Of a stretch of 64,000 nt of DNA, positions 53,816-61,506 are shown piece by piece. The stretch is from NCBI GenBank assembly GCA_942492425.1, contig CALOEQ010000016.1, positions 43,156 to 107,155 on the forward strand, written 5' to 3'. The notes below the pieces were generated by a model. The model did not search any database and was not told the origin of the DNA. It saw nothing but the letters and a program-made list of their open reading frames with translations. Source of the DNA: an uncultured Flavobacteriaceae bacterium. Lineage in GTDB: Bacteria; Bacteroidota; Bacteroidia; Flavobacteriales; Flavobacteriaceae. Within the stretch, counting starts at the first letter, position 1. Every line of letters starts with the position of its first letter. A program made the translations under genes and the position numbers.

Positions 53816-54382
53816 TTAACGGATAAAAAAGAAAAAGAGAAAAAGATAGATCCAGAGCGCGTCGACAAAGTGCCAAAATATGGCACCGAGAGTAAAACCC
53901 AAATGATCCTCAACCGTGTAGCGATGCTGCAAATTTTTGTAAATGACACGGATCAAGACGATTATCCCTGCAAAGATGTGCAACAAGTGCGCCCCTGTGA
54001 TCACGTACAAAAACGAAGAAGCCACATTGCTCTCCGGACCCGTCGTGTACAATCCTGCCTCGATGAGCTGGTTGAATCCGTTGAATTGATAGAAGACAAA
54101 GGCCAGGCCCAAAACCAGGGTCAGGCCCAGAAACAAGTTGGATCTGGAGTGATCTCCAGAAAGCAGGGATCGCCTGGCCAGGACAAAAGACACGCTGCTC
54201 AAAAGAATCAGGATCGTGCTGAGGTAAAAAGCGGAGGGCAGCTCAAAGCTCACCCAGTCTTCTCTTGCCCGGCTGACAACATAGGCGCTGGTCAGTCCGG
54301 CAAACATCATGGTCATGCTGATCATGGAGATCCAGAGCATCTGTTTGAAAGTCCTTTCCTTAACTTTTTGTTCCATTTGCAT
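53816..54382 (-). CDS. Heme-copper oxidase subunit III-like protein (second part)
   Basis: MMFAGLTSAY, TILILLSS, TGAHLLH, FWHFVDALWIYLF. Confidence 0.92.
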   Translation of the reverse strand: MQMEQKVKERTFKQMLWISMISMTMMFAGLTSAYVVSRAREDWVSFELPSAFYLSTILILLSSVSFVLARRSLLSGDHSRSNLFLGLTLVLGLAFVFYQFNGFNQLIEAGLYTTGPESNVASSFLYVITGAHLLHIFAGIIVLIRVIYKNLQHRYTVEDHLGFTLGAIFWHFVDALWIYLFLFFFFIR

Positions 54383-55266
54383 CAGTGAAAGAATTTGTCG
54401 ATCACAAAAATAATTTGGATCGCGGTTATATATAAAACACTGGCCAGCATCAGTTTTCGCGCCATCACGTTGGTCTGTTCGCGGTGGAGTTTAACCCCGT
54501 ACCAAAGCATCACAAGACCCAGTCCAAAAATGAGTACCGCCGAAAGTGGCAGCAGGTAGAGGCTTCCTGTGATCCTGAAAACCGGGATCACGGAGACCAC
54601 CAGCATGAAAATCGTATACAAGATGATCAGACGCGTCGCTTTTTTATTCTTTTCGCCGGTAGGCATCAAATTGAAGCCCGCCTTTTTGTATTCGTCGAAT
54701 TGCAGCCAGCCAATGGCCCAAAAATGGGGAAACTGCCAGAAGAACTGGATCATGAAGAGCATGCCCGGCTCAATGCCAAACTGACCCGTGGCCGCGACCC
54801 AGCCCAGCATAAAAGGAATGGCTCCGGGAATGGCACCCACAAAAACCGAAAGCGGCGTGATCGGCTTCAAAGGCGTGTAAGCCGAGGTATACAGAAATAT
54901 CGAAACCGATCCGAACAGCGCGGTGCGTTCGTTGATCCCGTAGAGGATGATCACCCCGAGCAAAGTCAGGGCAACTGCGATGACCATCGCGACATTGACT
55001 GAAATCCGGCCGGCCGGAATGGGCCGGTTCATCGTTCTTTTCATCAAAGCGTCCGGGCCGCGTTCAATGATCTGGTTGAAGGCATTCGAGGCCCCAACCA
55101 TGCAGTACCCACCGACAGCCAGCAAAACAAGTATTTTCCAATCGATCTGATCGGCTGCCAGCAAATATCCCGCTATGGAGGAAAAAACCACGCTGACAGA
55201 CAGACCGAACTTGGTCAGCTGTTTGAGATCATCCAGAATGTTGTACTGTAAAACTGCGGTTTTCAA
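54382..55266 (-). CDS. cyoE: Heme o synthase (protoheme IX farnesyltransferase)
   Basis: NQIIER..DALMKRT.NRPIPAGR, YTPLKP, GAIPGA, FWQFPHFWAI. TTG start at 55266 inferred because a TATATTTG -7 element (55297-55304) overlaps the track start. Confidence 0.96.
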   Translation of the reverse strand: MKTAVLQYNILDDLKQLTKFGLSVSVVFSSIAGYLLAADQIDWKILVLLAVGGYCMVGASNAFNQIIERGPDALMKRTMNRPIPAGRISVNVAMVIAVALTLLGVIILYGINERTALFGSVSIFLYTSAYTPLKPITPLSVFVGAIPGAIPFMLGWVAATGQFGIEPGMLFMIQFFWQFPHFWAIGWLQFDEYKKAGFNLMPTGEKNKKATRLIILYTIFMLVVSVIPVFRITGSLYLLPLSAVLIFGLGLVMLWYGVKLHREQTNVMARKLMLASVLYITAIQIIFVIDKFFH

Positions 55267-55381
55267 GATACTATCGCCCTCTTTCTTAAATCGCTGCAAA
55301 TATATCCATTAATTGAGATTCGCACCCACTTAAAAGCCAAAAAAATCTACCTAAAATACTTTGCGATTTCTTAAAATGTAT

Positions 55382-55389
55382 TAAATTTG
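55382..55389 (+). promoter_or_regulatory. Bacteroidota sigma-A -7 element for the tRNA locus
   Basis: TAAATTTG matches TAnnTTTG, about 55 nt upstream of tRNA-Gly. Confidence 0.6.
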
Positions 55390-55443
55390 CGCCTGCCTAA
55401 CGGACAATGTTTGAACGGAAGGCGTGTTCATTGACTAAAACTT

Positions 55444-55515
55444 GCGAAAGTAGCTCAGGGGTAGAGCATCACCTTGCCAAGGTGAGGGTCGCGGGTTCAA
55501 ATCCCGTCTTTCGCT
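55444..55515 (+). tRNA. tRNA-Gly (GCC)
   Basis: Acceptor GCGAAAG/CTTTCGC, anticodon arm TCACC-TTGCCAA-GGTGA, T-loop GGTTCAAATCC; CCA not encoded. Confidence 0.97.
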
Positions 55516-55574
55516 CATAGAGATCAGATGATTATATGATTGATTTTCATCTTTTTGAAAGAAGATAGCGACCC

Positions 55575-55639
55575 GGTCGCCTGCCATGCCTTTCGGCAGG
55601 TAAACCGGCAGGCAGGGGTTCAAATCCCGTCTTTCGCTC
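55575..55639 (+). repeat. Direct copy of the tRNA-Gly 3' half interrupted by a 35-nt CTGCC...GGCAG palindromic insert
   Basis: GGTCGC (=55487-55492) + insert 55581-55615 + GGGTTCAAATCCCGTCTTTCGCTC (=55493-55516). Confidence 0.9.
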
Positions 55640-55662
55640 TAGTAGCACACCATTTAGGAGTG

Positions 55663-55748
55663 GCTCGGATGGTGGAATTGGTAGACACGTTGGACTTAAA
55701 ATCCAATGGACAGCAATGTCCGTGCGGGTTCAAGTCCCGCTCCGAGTA
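55663..55748 (+). tRNA. tRNA-Leu (TAA)
   Basis: Acceptor GCTCGGA/TCCGAGT, anticodon arm TTGGA-CTTAAAA-TCCAA, long variable arm, GGTTCAAGTCC. Confidence 0.97.
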
Positions 55749-55754
55749 CAAATG

Positions 55755-55791
55755 AAAAAAGACCAGGTCGAAAGACCTGGTTTTTTGTTTT
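55755..55791 (+). terminator. tRNA operon terminator
   Basis: GACCAGGTC-GAAA-GACCTGGT followed by TTTTTGTTTT. Confidence 0.9.
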
Positions 55792-55830
55792 AGAGCGGTC
55801 GCGTAGAGCTCGCTCTTAAGCGATCGCGAG

Positions 55831-55915
55831 AAAACAAAAAACCCGGGCCGCGTAGCGCCCAGGTCTTTTTTCTCAGCTTGTTCGGACGGGACTCAGCGAA
55901 GCTAATTCCCGCATT
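55831..55915. repeat. Left copy of the island-flanking repeat (degenerate inverted copy of tRNA-Leu 3' end plus terminator)
   Basis: 55854-55915 is identical to 61525-61586 (62 bp); block-wise reverse complement of 55723-55791. Confidence 0.92.
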
Positions 55916-55962
55916 TCGGACGGGACTCAGCGAAGCTAATTCCCGCCTTTCAGACGGGACTC
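55881..55962. repeat. 34-bp tandem repeat, about 2.4 copies
   Basis: TTCGGACGGGACTCAGCGAAGCTAATTCCCGC(A/C)T at 55881 and 55915, partial TTCAGACGGGACTC at 55949. Confidence 0.9.
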
Positions 55963-56188
55963 GCCGCAGGCAAAACCGCTCCCAACTTCACAAAACAATT
56001 AAGCATAGCTCGCTCAAAAGTGATTTAGAGAAAAACAAAAAATCGGAGGCGCAGCGAATGATTTTTTCTCTGACTTTGTTCGGAGGAGAAAGAAAGCCTG
56101 GCGTATGGAGCTTTGGGTTTAATGGGTTGCATTTGCTTCATTTATTTGTACGTCATTTCTACTCTACTGAATTGATTTCAATTCTGAT

Positions 56189-57139
56189 TTATACTTGTCG
56201 TTCAAATGACTCATCAATAATACCTCTCAAATGCTCGAGTAATTCCGGTGAAGGTGTTTGGTAATCCTGCAATTCGTACACCTTGCCCAAAAACTCATAT
56301 TTACCAAGACCAAATCGGTGATAAGGAAGCAACTCATAATCAATCACGTTTTTATAAGGTTTGATAAACTCCAGAACAGCGCGGACATGTCCTTCGTCCG
56401 CATTAATACCGGGTATTAGGGGTGTGCGAGTGATAAATTCCGTATTGGGAAATTTCTCATATGCTTTTTTGAAATTTTCAAGTAGCCGTTCATTACCTAC
56501 GCCCGTCCACTTTTTGTGGCGATTCGAATCCATCAATTTATTATCGTGTAGCATTAAATCAACATAAAGTAAAACTTTCTCCATGTATTCCCAGGGCACA
56601 TTTCCGGCTGTTTCAATGGCTGTATGAATGCCGCTTTCTTGAGCTCCGCGCAAAATGGCTGCAGTAAAATCGGGTTGCAACAGACACTCTCCGCCACTAA
56701 TGGTCACTCCACCACCGGTATTGCGGTACATGCTTTCGTCTTTTAATGCTTCGTCAAGCACTTCGCGTGCAGTCATTAATTTACCGAACATACCTATTGC
56801 TCCGGTAGGGCACAATTCTGCCAATTCTTCCGTACATGAGTTGGCTAAATCCCAGTTCGCTTTTACTTTATCATCATCATCTCCTTCTGATACATAAAAT
56901 GCTCCTTTGGGAAATGGTTCTTTAAGACAAACACCGCATTCTGCTGCTCCTTTGCAGAGTTTTCGACTAAAATCCAGTTCTGGTTTTGGTTTGATACTTT
57001 CGGGGTTGCTGCACCATTTGCAACGCAGGGAGCATCCTTTCACGAATACAGTGGTTCGGGTTCCGGGTCCGTCTTCTCCGCAGTATCGCTGAATATTCAG
57101 CACGCGTCCTGTTATATCTAAATAGTTTTGATCTTCCAT
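56189..57139 (-). CDS. Glycyl-radical enzyme activating protein (radical SAM, with ferredoxin-like insert)
   Basis: DGPGTRTTVFVKGCSLRCKWCSNPES (CxxxCxxC), insert CKGAAECGVC...CPTGA, GGVTISGGEC, HTAIETAG, ELLPYHRFG..KY. Confidence 0.96.
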   Translation of the reverse strand: MEDQNYLDITGRVLNIQRYCGEDGPGTRTTVFVKGCSLRCKWCSNPESIKPKPELDFSRKLCKGAAECGVCLKEPFPKGAFYVSEGDDDDKVKANWDLANSCTEELAELCPTGAIGMFGKLMTAREVLDEALKDESMYRNTGGGVTISGGECLLQPDFTAAILRGAQESGIHTAIETAGNVPWEYMEKVLLYVDLMLHDNKLMDSNRHKKWTGVGNERLLENFKKAYEKFPNTEFITRTPLIPGINADEGHVRAVLEFIKPYKNVIDYELLPYHRFGLGKYEFLGKVYELQDYQTPSPELLEHLRGIIDESFERQV

Positions 57140-57149
57140 GATTCTCGTA

Positions 57150-58301
57150 TTAAGCTCCTGTGTAAATTCCCAATGCCCGTGCTACTCTCATAAATTCATT
57201 ATCTGTGCTCACGGTGCGTTTTTTATTCAGCGCATCAATTAGCGGTACAAAGTCAATATGAGGCGGTACAAATGCCGCCAAGGTGCCAAACTTGTTATCC
57301 TCAAGCGCTTTTACAGAAGCAGCACCATAGGCCAGTCCCAGTTGACGGTCAACCGCTGTGGCCTCACCGCCACGAGTCCACGGACCGAGCACCAGTGGAA
57401 AAACCTCATCTGACATTAACTGTTGCAAAGCATTCGCCAGTGTTTTGGCTGCTTTCCCGCTCTTGTTGATGACAAATTCATTACTTTCTTCTGTAGCCAG
57501 CGGGGACAGCGCCTTTTTCAAATCGTCAAGGGTATCACTTGTAACTCCGGGAAGATTTGTGAACGAACTCCCTTCTGCAACCACCACGAGGGCATAAGAG
57601 TGATCAGACGTAATCCTGGATTGAAGTTGTTTCGCAAGTTTATTTACATCACATGGGAATTCGGGCAATACGACTGCATCAGACAAGACAGCAATGCCGC
57701 TTTGCAATGCCAACCAGCCAGCCTGTGATCCAAGGACTTCAACGATCCCGATTTTTTTTGATGAAATGGCTCCTTGTTTCGCCCTGTCGAGCATTTCGAT
57801 ACTAAAGCTAAGGGCAGTATTGAAACCAAAAGCCACAGCAGTGGACGCCATATCATTTTCAACCGTTCTTGGAATGCATATTGATTGCAAACCCTTGAGG
57901 TTCAATTTGTGCAGGATACTTAATCCCCTACCCATCATGATGGCGATTACCGCATCGATTTTTTCTTTTTTCAGATTTTCCAGAAGGGTATCAGACATGT
58001 CCACTTCTTCCACCATTTCCAGCTCGTTTATGGTCCGTACATTGAAGGGGTCGACAGTTGCTGCTGTACCCATGACATCGCTCCCCGTTGGGTTTAGTTT
58101 TTCTATGATATCAGGCCCCAGGTCAATTAATCCATCGTTCGGATATTTTTCAGGAAAGAGCAACCCTTCGAAACCGTCAAGTATACCTACTACTTCCCAA
58201 CCTGCTTTGTGTGCTGAAATAGCAGCTCCCATAATCATGGAATTGATGCCGGGAGTATACCCTTCCCCAATGGCGATAGCTATTTTCTTTATGGTTTTCA
58301 T
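57150..58301 (-). CDS. 6-phosphofructokinase-fold protein with degenerate catalytic motifs
   Basis: Collinear with PfkA group III (PG.N, G..DGFEGL, P.T.END, GF.TA, EV.G..AGWLAL, VVAEG, RGG..TA.DR.L), but GGD, GGDG, TIDND and MGR are altered. Confidence 0.85.
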   Translation of the reverse strand: MKTIKKIAIAIGEGYTPGINSMIMGAAISAHKAGWEVVGILDGFEGLLFPEKYPNDGLIDLGPDIIEKLNPTGSDVMGTAATVDPFNVRTINELEMVEEVDMSDTLLENLKKEKIDAVIAIMMGRGLSILHKLNLKGLQSICIPRTVENDMASTAVAFGFNTALSFSIEMLDRAKQGAISSKKIGIVEVLGSQAGWLALQSGIAVLSDAVVLPEFPCDVNKLAKQLQSRITSDHSYALVVVAEGSSFTNLPGVTSDTLDDLKKALSPLATEESNEFVINKSGKAAKTLANALQQLMSDEVFPLVLGPWTRGGEATAVDRQLGLAYGAASVKALEDNKFGTLAAFVPPHIDFVPLIDALNKKRTVSTDNEFMRVARALGIYTGA

Positions 58302-58324
58302 AATTACTTTCTTTAAGTATTATT

Positions 58325-58362
58325 AAAGATACAGTCGAGGGAAAACCCTCGACTGTATCTTT
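58325..58362. other. Perfect 17-bp intergenic hairpin directly after the GRE stop
   Basis: AAAGATACAGTCGAGGG-AAAA-CCCTCGACTGTATCTTT. Confidence 0.9.
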
Positions 58363-58367
58363 TGATT

Positions 58368-60842
58368 CTATTTAAATGTTTGCAACGTACGCTCAATGAC
58401 TTCGTTCTGAACGCCCACATCAAGTTTGGTAAAGAAGGCACTGAAACCGGCTACACGAACCACAAGGTCTCTGTAATTCTCAGGATGCTTCTGTGCATCT
58501 CTAAGCATATCGGTATCCAGACAGTTGAACTGAATGTGATAGCCGCCATTGTCGAACAAGGTTTTTACCAGACCCAAAATTTGATCTCTACCTTTTCGTG
58601 ATTTCAATTGGTCGGGTTGAACTTTCATGTTCATATGTGTGGCCGTCCATCTTACAGGATCGCCACCCATGGCAGCCGACATCACCAAAGCAGTTGGTCC
58701 ATTCACATCTGTACCTGGCATGGCCGACAGGCTGCCATCGGTAAGTGCCTGTCCGGCTTTTTTACCGGTAGGCAATGCACCGGTCACTTTACCCATCAGG
58801 TTGTGGATACTCTTGGTGTATTGGTCGAGTGATGTTTTGTACAGCTCGTCCTTACCGAGATAATTACCTCCGCCATCTACACTGTTGAAGGTATCCAGGA
58901 TACTATCATTGACTCTTCTCACCATCATATCCGCTTCATGGATATTATTTCCATACTTAGGCGCATCCACATACACCATCTTATGAACACGCTCATGCTC
59001 TCCTTCAAAGTTGGCGGCCAGTGCTGCCATTAATTCTTTCCAGCTCAGTTTCTTTTTATCGTATATCAAGTCCTTGACAGCCATTAAGCCATTCGCAGCA
59101 TCCACCTGTCCTACGGAGATTTGGGCTATGGTATAGTAGTTGGCCCCACCATGCCACACATCCAAACCGGATTCAAGGCAACCAATAGTCAGGCAAGAAC
59201 GCCACGTTGCAGGCAGGTATTCTGCCGCCAGCATACTGGCAATCCATGCTCCTCTACGAAGTACATCTTCACAGTATTGCAGTTGTTTTTCAAAGGCGGC
59301 ATACACATCCTCAAACGTTTTAAATGTTTCAGGATTGCCTGTTTTGGGACCTACCTGCTTTTGGGTACGCGGATCAAATCCATCGTTCAATGTTAATTCC
59401 AGTACTTTACCCAAATTTGGCTGACCTTCCACGGGGTGTCCGGTCTCGTAAGGAATATAGCTGCCCACACAGGCGCCTATACAGGTACGTCTGGCTTTTT
59501 CAAGCGACAACTTACCTGCTTTTGATTCAGGCCAGTTGTATAAGGCCCGTTTCACCATGGCCTCACCACTCACAAACTGCGGCATACCGATACCGGTGCC
59601 TATGACATCCAATACTTTCTCCAGCAACTTGCCGGGAGTTTTTGGCGTATGGCACAGCGTCAATGGCGGCTGCGGCAAGTGCAGATAATTGCTGGCATCG
59701 AGAATTACAAAGTCCATTTCGGCATGGGCATGCTCGCCATTTATATCATAACCTCCCAAGGTAATACTTTGTCCAAGGTCGGCCGAATTTTGCAATGCAA
59801 CCTTCTCTCCAAAGTAATAGCCGATCTCATTGAGTTTAAGAATCAGGTTTCTGAACATGAAGGTGGCATCCTCATAGGTAATCAGCCCGGCTTCTTTATC
59901 GCGCTGATAAAAGGGCTCCAGGTTTTGACCCAGGTACGCTTCAGAATATCCACAACCCACCTGTTCCATTTCGGCTATGATGTGGCAGAAGAAGTGTGCC
60001 TGCATGGCTTCACGTAGGTTTCGGGCCGGGTGCTCAGGAACACGCTCACAGGTTTCGGCCAGCGAAATCAATTCAGCTTTACGTGTTGGATTTGTTTCCT
60101 TTTCTGCCATTTCGCGCGCTTTTGCCGCATAGCGGTTAGCATAGCGCACAATGGCCTTCATGGTAATTAATGAGGCTTCATAGAAATAAAATTTCTCCTT
60201 GTTTGGCAAACGCATATCCAACTCATACATGCGTTCTTCCACATATTTAATCATACTGCCGAGGCCTTCATTATAAACCTTGGGGTAATTGAGGTTACCG
60301 CCACCTGCCGGCCAGTCAAAGAAGCTAATTACATAGCCTGAATCATAAATCGGTTTCGGATCAACGCCATAACGTTTTTCGTAAATTTCCAGAACCCGTG
60401 GTACCTGCGAACGTTCTGTCCAGTAGTCGAGCACCCATTGGTTGGCTTCCCGTTCTTCGGGTGTTTTTGAGTTTTCGATGGTGTTCTCTTCAATCATCCA
60501 GCCTACCTGCCATTCGGGGTAGGTGTAGATGGCATTGAGTGAGCCCGCCATAGCGCCAACCAGCAAGTTGTCGTCAATGTAAATCTTTTTGGTGTCGAGC
60601 AATTCTGCATTGAATTTGGCCCTGCGGATAATGTTGGGATAACCCTCAGTTTCCTGATACACCTTTTTCATGACGATCACTCGCTCAAAATCAATGGGAG
60701 GAGGTGTACTTCTCATCAATTCTTTGAGTACATCAATACGTTCATCGCTCGCATTCACTTTGGCTGTGCCTGCGTAAGGCTTGCCTTCTAATTTGCGTCC
60801 CGGCAATGTATAATATGGAATACCTGTTTCTGTAGTTTTCAT
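58368..60842 (-). CDS. Glycyl radical enzyme (PFL2/decarboxylase-type superfamily member, uncharacterised subclass)
   Basis: C-terminal GGYHIQFN...LRDAQKHPENYRDLVVRVAGFSAFF (Gly799), QSITLGG, LPQP, Cys loop CIGACVGS (Cys458), TDGSLSAMPGTDVNGPTA. Confidence 0.96.
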   Translation of the reverse strand: MKTTETGIPYYTLPGRKLEGKPYAGTAKVNASDERIDVLKELMRSTPPPIDFERVIVMKKVYQETEGYPNIIRRAKFNAELLDTKKIYIDDNLLVGAMAGSLNAIYTYPEWQVGWMIEENTIENSKTPEEREANQWVLDYWTERSQVPRVLEIYEKRYGVDPKPIYDSGYVISFFDWPAGGGNLNYPKVYNEGLGSMIKYVEERMYELDMRLPNKEKFYFYEASLITMKAIVRYANRYAAKAREMAEKETNPTRKAELISLAETCERVPEHPARNLREAMQAHFFCHIIAEMEQVGCGYSEAYLGQNLEPFYQRDKEAGLITYEDATFMFRNLILKLNEIGYYFGEKVALQNSADLGQSITLGGYDINGEHAHAEMDFVILDASNYLHLPQPPLTLCHTPKTPGKLLEKVLDVIGTGIGMPQFVSGEAMVKRALYNWPESKAGKLSLEKARRTCIGACVGSYIPYETGHPVEGQPNLGKVLELTLNDGFDPRTQKQVGPKTGNPETFKTFEDVYAAFEKQLQYCEDVLRRGAWIASMLAAEYLPATWRSCLTIGCLESGLDVWHGGANYYTIAQISVGQVDAANGLMAVKDLIYDKKKLSWKELMAALAANFEGEHERVHKMVYVDAPKYGNNIHEADMMVRRVNDSILDTFNSVDGGGNYLGKDELYKTSLDQYTKSIHNLMGKVTGALPTGKKAGQALTDGSLSAMPGTDVNGPTALVMSAAMGGDPVRWTATHMNMKVQPDQLKSRKGRDQILGLVKTLFDNGGYHIQFNCLDTDMLRDAQKHPENYRDLVVRVAGFSAFFTKLDVGVQNEVIERTLQTFK

Positions 60843-60887
60843 TTGAATAAATTATTAAGTTAAAAAATGAGTTTATTAATACTTATC

Positions 60888-61079
60888 CTAAGCGCGAACT
60901 GTCAGCCAAGGCACCAGCGACTTTCGGCAGTTTGGCCATGGTGTGCTTTCAGCCGGTGTAGTTCTCATAATTTCTTTTAAGGTGTCAATGCAAGCAGTAT
61001 CTGCGTTTACTTTTGCTTTAGAAATCTTTTTCGGACGAGCAACTAAACCTGCTTCTAAATTTTGATCTTTTTATGTCAT
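60888..61079 (-). pseudogene. Remnant of a second, diverged glycyl radical enzyme gene
   Basis: ATG-ACA-TAA, then an open frame containing AKVNADTACIDTLKEIMRTTP, 14/21 identical to GRE residues 27-47 (AKVNASDERIDVLKELMRSTP). Confidence 0.7.
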
Positions 61080-61506
61080 GATATTATTGTTTATTGCGAA
61101 TATTTCTATTAAAGTGAGTTATTTATCCTTCATCTTGTGATTACATTTTTTACCTGCGGTTCGACTGTCGAATAAGAGTAAATTTCGTAGGGCAGTGTTA
61201 AAGAATATGCATATTAAATTTATGAGTTAAAATCTTCCGAATCAATACTTATTATTTGGTATTTTTTGGATACATGACCTATTCTAAATACCAGGGAAAT
61301 TTGTCATATAAGTTTGACTCTATGGTGTTTTTTATAGTTCCTCGAAACGAAAAATTTTGTTGAATTTTTTTTCGGTAATATGATGGGCGATTTGGGCTTA
61401 TTATTAATTATTAAACCTTCGTTTATGAGCATATCTTTGAGGTTGTATATATCATGTAGGTTCTTATAGAAAGAGTTCGAGAACTGGAGCGTATGGGGTA
61501 AAAATG

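Noticed and set aside
55575-55639. A second tRNA-Gly gene
   Set aside because: Only the 3' half is present; there is no D-arm, anticodon arm or 5' acceptor strand.
55881-55962. CRISPR array from the 34-bp palindromic repeats
   Set aside because: Units abut with no spacers, there are only about 2.4 copies, no cas genes are present, and the unit derives from the tRNA-Leu T-arm.
58368-60842. Calling the GRE pyruvate formate-lyase (tempting given fhs in the window)
   Set aside because: PFL needs the adjacent Cys-Cys pair; here the loop is G-A-C-V-G, and the activase has a ferredoxin-like insert that PflA lacks.
61071-61073. Stop-codon read-through or recoding in the GRE remnant
   Set aside because: The stop is TAA (not TGA or TAG), and homology ends after about 40 codons, so decay is the simpler explanation.
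56090-61500. Prophage, IS or integron in the island
   Set aside because: No integrase, transposase, terminal inverted repeats or phage genes were found on either strand.
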